This document shows positions 34,101-48,494 of a stretch of DNA of 64,000 nucleotides, one piece after another. Under the pieces are notes generated by a model. That model had not been told where the DNA came from. It was given only the letters and a program-made list of their open reading frames with translations, and made no database searches. The translations under genes and the position numbers were made by a program. The DNA is from Ascidiella aspersa (taxonomy: Eukaryota): the NCBI GenBank assembly GCA_963924565.1, contig OZ004607.1, forward strand, positions 13,702,001 to 13,766,000, given 5' to 3'. Position 1 is the stretch's first letter. Each line of letters opens with the position of its first letter.

Positions 34101-36196
34101 CAGCAATTATTGCGGCAATATACTCTATTGGTCATTCATGGTAGTTTTCGTGTAGAAATGGGGAGTAAAAGCACGGTTATATCACAGAAACATTTTTTCT
34201 ATGGTTAGTTGGGGTTGGGTAAAATGTGTTTTATCCCCGAAATATAATTAGTTTGTACATTTCTACACTATATTTTCAAGCCCCGGTGAATGCCCAATAT
34301 TGCCTACCCGTTTACTTCGCCAGTAAGGAACATGCCCTTTTCAAACATCCCTATGTTCTCATTTCACAGGTAGTGGCGGGCCTTGCAATTCCAACCTGTT
34401 GTCACGGTTATTTTGGCAGGTGGCCTTTTTTATGAGTTAGTTAGAAATAAATTAGGAATGGAAAAACGTGATCTTTGCTTTTCTAATTAAATAAGGTAGG
34501 CCGGTAAGTCAGAGAGTACAACCCTAAAGTCATATACTGCATAAGTGCTTCCAATATTAGCTAATGTAGGGTTCCGATCTGACTTCAGCTTTGAGCGAAA
34601 TTAAGGCGCACAGCTTCAGTATATATACTGTTGTTACTCACTGTCTTCCTATTTACAAATAAAATAGGCGTAATAACCCCAAAGAAAAAAGTCCGGCCAG
34701 TTTGCTTACTTGATTATTCTCGTTTAATTTATATGAATGTTTTGGAACAGTGAATCGCGTCGCCGAAACTGTATTATGCCACTAAACGAAAGCGTATGGA
34801 AGTTAACTAGAGACACATAAGAATATAAAGTGCTGACATTACGTGAGAACAGTTATATTTCCTGCGTCACGCCGCAAGACATCAAAACTGTATTACACTC
34901 TAATCGAATCTTGACCGGTGCACAAATTTCAATATTCGTTCATTAGCCGGTCATCGGCGACGCAGATTACTGACCAAAGGTGCAATTAGTCTGGGACCTC
35001 AGTCAATTTCGTACAAAGGGGCAGCGACCGTTGTGATGATGCTAATTATTACACTGTTTGTTAGTACCCACACCCAAAGTAGGACAATCGAGCCTAAATA
35101 TCCAGCTCCACCTCAAGCCAACTGTACCCCGTGGGTACCCGGCACAGATATGTAGGTCAAGTGCGAGACATTCCGCTGGCACGAAAACGCTAAAATATTA
35201 CGATGTTCACAGATGTAACTTCCTAACGCTAGCTCACTGTGTTTTGAAAAAATAATTTGGCCTAATTTGACGCAGAACGGATGTTTCCTCAAGTTTAACC
35301 GCTCACGACCAACGAGTACTGCCAGATTGCGCAACATAAAACTCTTTGCGCAGAAAATAATTCTCGAAAGTTGGAAAATAATTTGACAAGCATAACAATG
35401 CCTATTTGTTTATACCCTTTGCCACCCCCTTATTTTCAGATTAAAATAATAAAAAGCAAAATAAAATTAAACAAAATTTACGAAATTCGCCTTTATGGAT
35501 GCTGTACATTGAAAACCAATAGTCATTTTTTGTAACGAGGTTTTTATGTTTGGGTTTACGGCATAAATATACAGTTTTTCCTGTTAAACATTTCTTCATT
35601 GACTGCTTTTGTTGCATAATTTGCAAATATTGATATTGCGGACACTTATCTTTATTTTATTACTATTTGTGTATTATTCGTTTAATTTTTGAATTTTCTT
35701 CTTGTAAATATCATAATTGATTTTCCAATGGTCATCATTTCTTATTTTATTTCGTTTGTTTTTATTACGAAAAAATTACCTTTTTTTGTTTGTTTTTGTA
35801 ATCAAAATTATATTATTATAACTGTATGGCCCTGTCAAATTTTAGTAAAATCTTTTTTTGAAAACTGACATTTAAAACCTAAGCGTTATATGTCACATGA
35901 ATTTTTTCTATACATTATCTAATTAGCAAAAGACGACATATATCGATTCTGCGCTAGACAGCATATAAAACATTAGTGCTATAGGCAATGCAGGAGATAC
36001 ATCATTTTAATTCACCAACTTAATTCAGGGCCGAAAGTTAACCTAAATCATCACGACGTTGCCTATAAATGCTTCTGTTTCATAGGACAGCGATAAGAAG
36101 AAACGTCACTGGTAATAATTATTCCGTCTGCGACGTATCTAAGGCAAAGAAAGTGTCGCATTGAAAAAAGACGAAGTCTCTGGGTAGAAGTGCTGG

Positions 36197-36204
36197 TATA
36201 AAAG
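36197..36204 (+). promoter_or_regulatory. TATA box of the trefoil-protein gene; probable non-coding exon 1 ~36228-36320
   Basis: TATAAAAG ~30 nt upstream of an Inr-like ACAGT. Strong donor aca|gtaagt at 36321 upstream of the ATG exon. Confidence 0.6.
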
Positions 36205-36706
36205 CTGCCGCTGTCTGCAACGAACGACACAGTGCATCATTTGGAAAGCCAAGATCGCTTCCAATGAATTGAGTCTATTTGCCAATTGGCTGATTTAATT
36301 CTGCGCAGAGTTTGAAAACAGTAAGTGCCTTAGAGTTTTAAATTTTAGGGCTCAAAATTTAGTTGCAAATCGTGATAATTGCTATGCCAATTATGTTTGC
36401 GCTACTAGAAATACTTTATTTATTATTTATGTTAACCTTTTTGTTATTGGATATGTAAACAAATGCCTAGATTCTAGATAACAATGTTAAATCAATAATT
36501 TATAGCTTGTCATTAAGTTCAACCTGGCCCTCACTATATTTATAATCACCTAACTAAGGTAACATTACTTCAATACGGACGCTTGTTTTTGCATGTGATT
36601 TTATTGCCCTGAACTCAAATGGAATTAAGTCGAACATAACCACGACCGACACGAAAATGTCTTGACTGTTTTAGGGGTTATCGATTATAATAGGAAAGAC
36701 AGCAAG

Positions 36707-39700
36707 ATGTGGTCAATACGTAGCATTTTTCTTGTTGCGTTGGCAACGTCAACCTACTGTCAACATCACTGTGAAGTTTCGCTCGAACATAGGATTGCCT
36801 GCGGACCCGAGTCAAAATATTACACCTATCACCAATGCAACATGAGGTAAGCGGTGCGCATGCTATATTGCCCTTTTTGGAGAGTTTTGAAATCGTTGCA
36901 AGGGTTGTGGGTTTGATGGTGTTTGCAACGACACTTTTTTCTTTCTTGCAGAGGTTGCTGCTTTGAACAGATCGGCGTGGACGATAGAAGATGCTACAAG
37001 GGTAAGTTTATGAATAAATAATATATTAAAACAGGTCCCAGACAAAATTAAAACAACACGCATTTTTACGATGCTCACCCTGACGCAGATACTGCGTTTC
37101 TTCCGCTTAAACCGTATATTAGCAGTTCACAGATATAAACATTAAACAGCGTCAGTCTAAATTGTGTATTTCGGGAAATATTCCCGGATTAACGAAAGCG
37201 GTAGTTAACCTAGAAGTAAAAGGCAAATTACAATGTGCTATGTATGCGTTGTCAAATATGCACGCTTCACCATACCGTCTGCAAACCGTACTTTGGTCAC
37301 CTCTTAACTGCTGTCGAATTACAAATGGAATCATGCAAATCTTTCAAAACCCTTGTATAATTTTAAGAGCCAACCAGAGGCGTGTCTCGATTGCTGCTAT
37401 TTTAACAGCTAATGGGTAGTTTTCCCGGGGGCATTACTTTGTTGTTTCCCTTCGCGTTTCATCGAGGACATATCTGGTACTAAGTTCCCACCGCTAATTC
37501 CATTGACTAATTTCACATTAAAAAATCGCCCCCCCCCCTGACCTACCATGATTATCACAAACGTATTGTCTTCCAAGAATTTTAAGGCATTCAAATATCA
37601 ATAAATCTAAATTGTTTGACAGTCAAAATTCTCAAACAAGCACGTGAAAACCTGAAAACAAATTTGAAAATTTTGCCGCACTTCAAGGATTTACATAGAA
37701 TCCAAAGTTGGAAGCCCAGTCTGCAAATATGCGCCGCGTGGCTTCATTTTATTTCGCTGGAGTTTCTATTCTGTGTCGTTTCTAATAAGTTAAAGCGGTG
37801 AAAATAATGCTAATAAACTAATGTGTACAATAGATACTATCTAATGATGTTGCAAAACGCACTTTTATTTATTTAATTATACTTATATATAAATGAATGT
37901 TAATAAAAAAAATTAATAAATCGATAAAAATGCAAAATGTGTTACGGAAAACAATGAAACCTTTACAAAGTTTATGAATAACTGTTACATGTCGCTTCAT
38001 TAAAGCAATTGAGAGCCCAAAAAACGTGCTTTTCAAGGGCGTCATTAATTCCGCTTCCTATATTGCAGGTCGCTTGTTCAACTCCTACTTGTCAAATGAG
38101 GGCATCGCCGGGCGAAGTCCCGTACCCTCGACGCCGGCACCAATAGCAACGGAGCGCCCCACGCGCCCCACAAGAAGGGTCATCTCCTTTGGAGTCGAGC
38201 GTCGACGCGATCCGGAGAAGAAGAGAACCCCGGGGAACCCCAACAGGCTAAGCATGCTCGCTCTCGTCCAAATGAAGCGAGACAATGTTCCGCAGGAGAT
38301 CATCAACAGTCTTTTGGCCGACGGTAAGCTGTCAGCTGATGTCCGTTGGTGTTTCGTGGCTGCTTAGTCTCGTGCGCTGTAGCATGGAAAATAGTTTTTT
38401 GTTTATATCTTTTAAGACAAGTTACATTATTTTCTTCTTTGGTGTTTATAATTCTATTTGTCCCTTTTGTGGTCACCTTTTTTGGGAAAAATGTCTGTCT
38501 TCGTCGCCTTTGTTGTATTATTAATCGTAGAGTCTTTATTTTTACCATTGCTAAACACTTATACGCGATCACTTTATGAAATCAGGGCGCCATGCCAAGA
38601 CACGTGTACTATACCGCAAAGCGTTTGACAAATATACATAAATCTAAAGAAGTTATGATTAATATGTGAATGTTAACAACTTTGAAGCTCCAAATATATA
38701 ACACTCAGCGTACTTGTGTACATATTAAAATAGGTAGGCCTATAGTGATTTACCCAAACTTCTACAAAATATAAAAACCTAGTTGAATTGTCTAAATAAA
38801 AATAAAATGTATTGCTTAATTACCTAATAAGTTTAATAGTTTAAATACAAAATGTTGCTTTAACCCAAAGGCATAGAGAATATTATGTATGATTTCGTGA
38901 TAAAATTTCGTCATCGTAATAAAATTTCGTCATGAAACCAATGATGATTTTTCACACTGTTGGCGCCAATATTTGATGTTTAATCTTTGGTAAGAAACAA
39001 TTCACTTAAGCAACTGTTTAAACTCCAGCATTATTTTTTGACTTACTTTCAGCCATTCCTGGTGGCGAATTCTTTTATTATCTGAATGATGGAAAATTGG
39101 ACAAAAGTGAGCTCGCCGAACTTTTGCAAGGTTAGTTCATGAAATCCAATCAAAGTAATAATGTCGCTTTATATCTGTTAAACAAATATAAGTATCTAGA
39201 TTTTAACCCAAATAATCTTTCTTGGTATAGTATGCCTATTATATTAAATTATATTGATTCTGCAACAACTAAGTAAAAGGTCAAGGCTGTTTTACTCTGG
39301 CTTGCATTGCTGTACGTTAGAAGTAACGCGACCTTTTGTAGGGACGGGAGTTGAGTGGAGCAAATGGCTCTCATTCTACCTTAACGGAGCCAACGTTCAG
39401 GATCTGCTGAAAGATCAACTGTCTGATGTATATGGTAAGTGGCGAACTTCAAGGATACAACAGAACGACATTTTTTCGTAATCCAGAAAGTTTTGTCCAG
39501 CACCTTTATTAGCCCATTAAACTAAAGTGTTGGGTTAAGGCCGCTTATAATTTTTTATCAGATATAACCAAAACAAACATAAAAATTCATAAAAAGTCTG
39601 CAGTTTCGCATTCGCCATTTTCCAGCATTTTTGCATTTATTTTAATCCACTGTTACGGCAAGGAATATTTTGTTCAATATTTTTTAATGTAACTGATTCC

Positions 39701-42700
39701 CGAAAACAATTTATTTCTAAATTTAAATTGGAATTTAACACAGTATAGCCTACAAAATGTATAAATAGTAGCGAGCTTCTATAATTTTTTTGCCGTTTTC
39801 GTCTTCTCAATTAGTTTTGCTGGCAAAATTTTAATTTGGTTTTGTAGGTTTTGCGACTTTAATTCTCTGTTCCAGGTGTTGATCCAACAGTGGTCGAACT
39901 ACTGATGACGAACAACAAAGATCCAGTCGCGAAACATTTGGTGGCCGTTTTATCTTGTAAGTACTGCCATTCAACAAGTGGAAAATTGTTATATTATCAA
40001 TTAACGGAAAACGCATTATTTTGTTGCACCTTTCATTAAAGGCCGATGTCTTATTTACTAAATTAACAGAAGTTTAGCGGCAGAATTTATCGAGGTACAT
40101 AGTTTAAAACCGCAGATAACCATCGCAATTAAATTTGAAATTATTAGATTTTATTAAAAAACATTTCTTATAATTTTGAGTTAATGCTGCATAAAGTTGA
40201 ATGCTTGAGGACTATAATTTTGCGTAAATTTGCAACAGAAAAATTGAATCTAATTGCATTATAAAACAAAACAAAAAACTTTAATGGAATTATTATCATA
40301 TACAGTTTACACTCCATTAAGCTACTTTTTTTTTAATTTTACGCATTTTAGCGAACAGAAGACTCAACCCACTTTCGAGTTTTGTAATGCATGCACTGGC
40401 ATTCGGCGACGGAATCACGCACAGGGGAATGACAAACTTCGTCATTGAGCAGATATTTAAAAACGGTACGTTTAACTTTATTGAATTTTTGGAATGTCGA
40501 AATCTGACCTCGATGTGCAAATCGCTGTGGGTTTTTATTGCATAAGTTTTTAAGTTGCGCTACCGTCTTGCAGAAAACAAGTTCGCAATTGAAGCGTACA
40601 AGGCACTTTTGAGCGGCGATAAAATACGAGCCATACAGTGGTCCATCATGGCAAGAACTGCAAGGGCGACACGTAAGTGGCTAAATCGGCAGCTGCTAAA
40701 TTATTTTTTTCCAGAGTTCTGTTTTGCTAAAACAAAAATTCCTTCTTCAGCTTTAGAGAAATATTACCCAAACAACGAGGCCCTCTTTGCCCACTTCGTC
40801 GATAACAAGTTGAAGCACCCTGGAAGGATTGATCCATCTATTATCCTGCACCTTGCACTTAATGGTTCACTTGCCGGAATTCCAGCGAAGAAATTCACCG
40901 AACACTTTGGCATCAAAGCTTTTGGTAGGTGATAATTCTTTGCTAGACTTTCGGCGACCAAAGTAAATTTGTCGGGGCGTAAAGATGCTTTGTACTGGCA
41001 GTTCTCAAATGTTCATTTTTGCGATTTTAACCATATACCTGCAATAAGTTTAAACGTTATCTTAGACAGCTTTAACCGTTGTATATTGATGACACCCTTA
41101 TAATGCACGACAATTTTTGTGCAGCATAACAGTACTGAAGAATGGTATAATATTTTTAACAAATTACCAGCAAGCATGTTGTTTCTTTATAAAATATGGG
41201 ACTCTTTTTTTCGAAATATAGCGACAAAAAAATGAAAATTGATTCCGGTCATTAGCCAGACAACAAAATATATTAAAACATGTATACATGTTACAGTTAG
41301 AATACATCAGTCATCAGGTAATTTAAATTGGTTTGATTGTTTCCCAATGTAGGCATGGGGTGTATTATACAGTATAGAATGGGACAAACATATTTGATAT
41401 CTCGTCAAAGCATATTCCATACAAATGGCCCACATCCCAAGTTGTCGCGGCACCTCCAAAACGTACACCTACCATTTTGACTAACAACTTAATCTAATGA
41501 TAAGTTTATTTATTTGCAAATCATCTACACAGTGATTAATCACAGATTACGTTTGTTCGGTTCACTCAATAAACCTACGTCTTCCGTGCGACGCTCTCAA
41601 GCACAGTCCCTACCATTCTACACTGCAGTGCATAAACGCCGGTTGCTGCCTTCATCCTCCAAGAGTTCCCGGTGGAAGACCCGAGTGTCACGAGAACATC
41701 ATTGGAAAAATCGGTAAAGAAAGAGTGTACGACAACAATACATTTCCAGCATTTATCACCATTGTCACTATAGTATTGTTACTGTTTGCGAAATTATATA
41801 ATGCCTAAATACTTTCTGTTGCCGGGAATCAGTGTTGTAAACCAGTCATTTTGAAATTACTCAAGTCCCAAGTCGTTATGAGAGCAAGTCACTTTCAAGT
41901 TATGTTATTGACATAAAAGTAAATTGTTAAACAATTAAAATTGGTAAACTCTTCCGATTATAAGCAGCAATTTAACTAAAAAAATAACCCAAACGCAAAA
42001 TGCAAAAATAGAAGTGTTTAATGTGCAAAACTTGAGATAAATTTTATTGAAAAACACTTAATTTAATGCCAAGTTATTTGACAAATTGACTTAAGTCCAA
42101 GTCATTTGAAAACAGTGACTTAAGTGCACTTAAGTCAAGTCAATGACTTCTGTCATTACAACACCGCCGGGAATATATAATTATATATTTACAAGTTAGA
42201 AAGTAGGTTAAAATTTATTTTGTTTTATAAAGGAGTTGCAATAGCCGAAAAAGTCTGGGACGAAGATTACGTCATCCAAGAAATATTCGGCGGTGTGTTG
42301 CCGAAACTGGAGAATTTTTATCCGAGTGGAATTCCTTGTGAGTTTCTCTGCTTATAGGCTAGAGTTTTTCATTCATTTTCATTCCAAGATTTTATGTCAT
42401 TTGGTCATGATGTAAATCTTGTTTTCAGTGCTTTTTCAGGGCATTGAAAGTTATAACTAATAGATTTTTCACGTTTAACCTAAAATATTGTTTGATTATT
42501 GACGACGCTGTAGCATTGTTTACTTGGTGATTTCATGTATTGTTATTTTACATGCAGTTTCCTATACGCTTGTTGTAAGTTGTACAAACATAAATAGCCA
42601 CGTAGTTCATATCTGCAAAATGTTTCTCGTGGCCTCCCCCTAAAATGAAACAAATCATAAAATGCTTAAAACTCAATTTTAGAGACTATATGATAACCTT

Positions 42701-45700
42701 TTGAAAACGTAGTTTTACCGGTACTTTACTTTGAACCACATACAGCGATATGTGATAATAACTCCTTAAAACCCAGGGATCCCTAGTCGAGAAATCCCAG
42801 CAAAATTCACAACTCACCTTCGTCGGGATCCAAATCAACCTGACTGGTTCCATTCCCTAACGTCGCAAGGAAGAAACCTTCACTACAGCCCAACCTCCAT
42901 GGTAAGAACATACTACAATGTCTATAGCTGTACATTTTATATTTGTGTACGAGTTGACTGTTGATCGTTATACGGAGTAGAGAAGTGTGTCCCTTTTCAT
43001 TTTTTCTTAACAATTTGTGTGTTAATGTAAAATAAAATGTATCCGAATTGAGGATGTCTGTATGTCCGTTTAACAGCATTGCGAAAGTATTTAGCTGGTC
43101 ATCGTTTTTAGACATAAAACAGAATGCTATGTTGTTGCAGCCTAACCTAAGACCGAACAAATTCCAACCGAACTTCGTGTGGAAGCCTCACGGACCAACA
43201 CCATTTCCGTATCCAACACAACTGCCCGGAGGTAATCAATCTATTCTAGGTTGTAATATGTCCATGTTTATGCGCATTGTAACACGTCCGATGATTTAAT
43301 AATCACCTTTTTATTTTCATCAAACTATATCATTTAAATCTAGTTAAATTACTGACTTCTTACCAGTTTATTAAAGGTAAACAAATTTCTGTACAATGCA
43401 ATGAAGCACACTGAAGTAAATGTCATTGATTATTGTCATTAGGTGTCATTCATCTTCCAACGAGCGGCCCAGGAGAAGTGGGTGGTGTCCATGTTGATGC
43501 AGCTGGAACATCGCCAAGTAAATACAGTTTTCAATATTTTATCATGATTTATATTGTAAAGTTTAAGCACGGCTCCAACAAGATTTAACATAGTCACCGA
43601 CAAACAAATCAAGGGTCAAATAGCACAATTCTCTAACATAAACCCATGTAAATTTGAAGACATGGCGTCACAAATCTACGTCATAATCTAAAACAAGTAA
43701 TTTAAAACTGAGATTGTTGTTCGATTAGTGCACAAATCTGCAAATGGAATCGCAATTTAAATACTTTCAAAGCTATGGCGGGAATTGGATTGGTGTAAAA
43801 AGTGCATGGACTATTATTAAACGAACATTTTTTAAATGTACGGCGTACCTGCAAAATTGTTTCACCGCAACGCCGTTCCGGGCAGTTTCGGCTTACTTTC
43901 ACCAAGCAAATTTAACCGCAGGCCGGGGTATTTTGCGCCCGGGGGCAAACTATAGAATTGACGCCCCCTCCTCCATATTTAATCACATTTTCTATTACAT
44001 TAACATAATATAACTTACTTGATACGGAAAAACAATTCAATTTTAATCGAATCTTGTATTTAAAGAAGAATCAGCCTCATTTTGGCAATTGTAAGCCTGG
44101 GGTACTTATGTACCCAACCGCCCCCCTTAGCTACGCTCTTAACGAAACCAAACCGGATGACCGCTAAACCCAAACGGTGCACTTTTATCCAAGACAAGCA
44201 GTTCACTTTTGTTGTTAACTTAATACTTTTACTTTACAGTCGTCCAGTCGCTCTCGTCCAAGGTATTTTCTTCTTGTTACGGCGTGAAGCGCGAGGATCG
44301 CTACGAATGCATGCCGAACAAGTTTGCACTGAAGAGTGACGGTCACCAAATTTGCAAGGACCTGGACTGCTGCTTTGATCCCGACTACAGTGACCTTAGC
44401 ATCCCCGCTTGCTTCAGGAAAGAAAGCTACGGTTGGTTCATTTAAAACTGATGAAAATGGTTGTTAACGAGTGTACTAAAGCAGAGTCATTGCTTTCCGG
44501 TGTGATAATACAGTAACATGTAACTTTTGAATTTTAATATATCTGTTCTTTGTTTAAATGCATTTATCTCCTGTAGGTCAATGTTATCTTGTTGAACCCG
44601 AGGACCGAATTGATTGTGGTAAACCAGGTAAACTTTCTATTTTTAAAGGCTTTTTTTAATTTTTATTAACAATGGCATAGCCGTACTATTATTATGGGTC
44701 GTTTCCTTTTTTTATTAAATAAGTAGACACATGTCTATATTGATTGAAAGCAGGACCAAAGTATCTGCAACTTATTACAAATATTATGCTTTTTTAGTGT
44801 ATAATATCATTTATTTTTTTGGTAATCAAACATCTTCCATTATATCAGGCATTACCAAGGACGAGTGCTTAAGCAAACCGCGATGTTGTTACGACAGCAC
44901 AATTACAGCCGATCGGCACAAGAATCCAGTCCCATGGTGTTACTTTAAAAAAGGTTTGTAGCATTTGACGAAGATTCGATATTTCTGTTTGCGAGTGGGA
45001 CTCAAAGACCAAATAGGTCATTTTTACTGGCCACCTCATTAGCATAATATGTTTCTCAATACCACGTAGAAAATAAGTTAAGTAAATATATAATGCGCAC
45101 ATGTGTTTTACCTACAATAGACTAAATGCCTATTTAGGCCTTTTCAAGTTTAATTGCATATTTGCAAAATGTATAGTCTTCTGGTGAGTAACATGCAGTT
45201 ATTTAACTGATATTTTTTAACCTGTAAAACCGACATGATTCGTGCTAAATGCTGCAATTAATAATGGTGGTTCTTTACGTGAGACGTGTTGTTCTCGGTG
45301 TCTATATAGTAAACATTTTGAGGGCCCTTTTTACAAGCTGTTCTTGTTTGCAGAATCCTATGTAACTTCAAAGGAGAGATGTAGCCGCGTTGGGCACTCT
45401 GATCGCGTTGGCTGCTTCTCCAATCATCCTTCAGGAAGTAAGTTGTGTAGGAGTCGACTAAGACATTTAAGTAGAAACCATGGCTAACAATCAATCCGTG
45501 ACCCTGGATTTAAGTTGGGGGTGGGGCAAAGAAAAAACATGGTGGACGTTTTAATATTACATAAAAATTAATCTTTTTCTCTTATTCAGCCTACTTTGAC
45601 CACACGGTTTCGAAGGATGACTGTATTGCGGAAGGTTGCTGTTTTGAGGCAGTTCGCGTAAGTTTTTTTAGCCGAACTGTTCTTGGCAAGACGTCCCCTC

Positions 45701-47019
45701 CACCGTGTTACAAAAAGCTTGGTGAGTTTTTGTTGTGCTGTTATACATAAAATCAAATAACTATATGCTGTAATTGTTCCATGCTCTATAAAAGCCGCCA
45801 AAAACACAGATGAAAAGATCCACTGCATTAAAAAATATGTTTTTTAACCTCAATTTTACAGCTTTTAATAGTTAAACGCACCCCAACAACAATTCATTAA
45901 AAACTAAAAAATAAAAAAGTATCACCTTTAGTAAACGCTTGGCAGATTAAAAAAACACTCTTCTATTTTCTGTTTTGCGTTTCCTGTGCCTTTAACAAAC
46001 TAATTTGCTGTAGATGTTTCTGTGCGACCGACGGACCCGAAACCCACCCTTCCAGTCGTACCACCGCCTGACCGTAAGTATTTTTTTTTCTAAATTTGTT
46101 GACATCGTTATGTTTACGCCACGCGTGTAATTATGACCTTGCTTACATAATGGCTTTCAAATCAAGTTGTTAACAATATGGCTGACAATATTTTTACAAA
46201 TGTTCTTTTTGCTTTAGCCGCCCCCACACCGACATGTAAAAATCGAGATGAATTGGATCCTTGGATGAGAACTGATTGTGGAAACTACGATTACGTTGAG
46301 TGCGTACTCATCAATGAATGCTGCTACTTGCCGGAGATCATTTTAGTCGGCGCTCCCCATTGCTACAAAAGAAGTATGATTTATTTTCCTAAGAATGAGT
46401 TTGTAACTCAAATATATATGTTAGATACATATCTACTTCGCAAGCTAGATCGGAGGCCAAGCTAAAACATATCGATGATTGAAACAAGCACTTGAATTGT
46501 AATTGCACCAAATGTTTTGTGAAACATCGCTTAGTTTTGCATCAAAATATACTCAGGGTTACCATCTGCTAACACATAATATAGGTACTCTTGATTGGAA
46601 TGACATAGTAGTTTGCTATTACTGCCCGAATTTATTTAATGCAAGGTTTAACGTAATTACATCAAGTTATCGACGTCACAACGTTACGTCATACCGTGAT
46701 GTCAAAAACATCTAATCTTCAATACAACCTGTTGTTTTCAAGCGAACCCGCAACGTAATTAAACGAGTAGAAAGCTGCAAATTGTATTTACATTTAGTAA
46801 AAATTGGCAAAAAATCTGGTTAATGAACTCGGATAGGCTAATGATAAGAAAATCACTTTCAAAATAAGTTTTTATAATTGGATCAGTGTCCGATTTGAAC
46901 ATTTTCAGAAAGATTACTGAGACAAACTGACTTAAGCACGAAATGTTAATACATAACACTGAATCGTAAATGCACTTTCATTCAAGGACAATAATTTATT
47001 TATTGTTTCTGCAGCCTAA
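36707..47019 (+). CDS. Secreted multi-trefoil (P-type) domain protein, ~810 aa, 22 coding exons, six trefoil domains
   Basis: Exons 36707-36846, 36952-37001, 38069-38323, 39053-39130, 39342-39434, 39876-39956, 40352-40465, 40574-40672, 40751-40924, 41546-41713, 42233-42337, 42777-42901, 43141-43231, 43443-43517, 44240-44431, 44577-44627, 44849-44953, 45354-45437, 45590-45721, 46014-46073, 46218-46373, 47015-47019 (sum 2433 nt, in frame). Signal peptide MWSIRSIFLVALATSTYC. Six C..R..C..C..CC..C motifs, e.g. CYLVEPEDRIDCGKPGITKDECLSKPRCCYD...VPWCYFK. AATAAA signals ~47316-47364. Confidence 0.88.
41830..42166. mobile_element. hAT MITE with CAAGT(C)-rich subterminal repeats
   Basis: TIR cagtgttgtaa / ttacaacaccg. 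Perfect 8-bp TSD ccgggaat (41822-29, 42167-74). Confidence 0.85.
43920..44138. mobile_element. Degenerate GC-rich-ended MITE-like relic
   Basis: gcgcccgggggcaaa...gacgcccccc and ccccccttagctacgc ends are typical of small DNA-transposon relics. TSD not found. Confidence 0.35.
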
Positions 47020-48494
47020 GATTGTACGACTTCGCTTTGCACGACCTGAACTTTCCATGAGCAACGTTATGCCAATCGAATCCGAATCGACTTAACTTTG
47101 TTTGTAGGCAATTTATTTTTTTGCAACTTGTACGCGACGTTTTCGTTGCATGCTTTACCAACTATGCGCCATTTTTGTTACTTTTGGTTTACCTTTACCT
47201 ACTATTGTCTTTTCTCGTTTAGCGAAAATCGTTTTCTCCACTCACTCGAATCGTGGCAGCCCGTTCTTTATTCGTCGAATAGCGGCGTGCTATTTGAAAG
47301 ACGTTGTGTTCCAAAAATAAAAGTAAAAAATATAATAAAAAGACTTTGTGCTCTAACAATAAAAGTAAAACAAATAATAGCAACACATATTTAGATACAT
47401 AATTTTTGACGATGTGTAATTAGTGCGGTTCGTTTTTAATTGAACTATGTATACAAAAGAGTATTTGGCTAAGTTCTACAAGTCCAATACTCAAACAATA
47501 TTCTCATAAGCGATGCTTAGGGATTAACAAGTTGTCGTACATTACCACGCACCTAGTTTACGTTTGTGTTCCGCAAACAGTACAGCTTAGACATAACTAG
47601 CTTGCGTACTCTTTTGGTAAGCCAGGCATTAATAATGCAAAGGGTCCCCGCCCGAATTACATACAGCCAATGGTCCCTTATCAGCAACCCCGCTTTGAGA
47701 AAAACGAAAACAAAACAGATGGAGCCAAAACTCAAAGATACCCAATAGCCATTAGTCGCTGCTGTACAGCCAGAGTGCAGGTGTGAAGGCAGTAATTAGC
47801 GAGCAGTGCATGCATGCAGTGGAAGCGTCGCGTACCTAATTACGTGCACAATGGCACGACCAAACGAACATGTTCCCGTACAATGGCAAGGACGGGAATT
47901 ATGGGTTTAACGATTCGCGAACGGCAGCGCGTTTTTGCATTGTTGGATCGTGGGAGAAAGTCGCCAACGCGTCTTGGTCGCTCGAAACGCTGTCACACAA
48001 ATTGCTGATAATAATGCGCAGGGTTGTAACAGTAAATGCTAATTTGAAGGGAAATGATTTTAGCAATTAATTTTTAAGTAGTTATTGGTAACATTCGATG
48101 CTTTTTCCAGTCTAAAGTGAAAATCGCGTGAAAGGCATGCGACAGTGCTTAATTCTATTGAACATATAGCTTAGTTTTGCAGGCTAAAAGTATACTATAT
48201 AGGCTTTCTTAGCGCAAGTTAAGGCAGGATTCTGTAAGGATAAGCATAATGTGTAGGTAAGTGGTACACATGATTCAAGAATTACGAAGTAAGTTTGTAT
48301 TTTGCAAAAAATATCATGTAATTGCCAGAAATGCTAATATAAAAAAGGGTATGATCAATATTAGCCGAGCTGCGTTTCAGGAAACAAATCAGGGTGAACG
48401 AAATAGAAAATCTATGTGTAAACATATCGGTTACTATACAGGGGATCTTTTAGTAAAAATAAGAAAAGTTGTTAGCATGTAGACTATTTTATAA

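Noticed and set aside
31400-36000. Intergenic region searched for genes and RNA genes
   Set aside because: No credible exon chain, tRNA or rRNA recognised by eye
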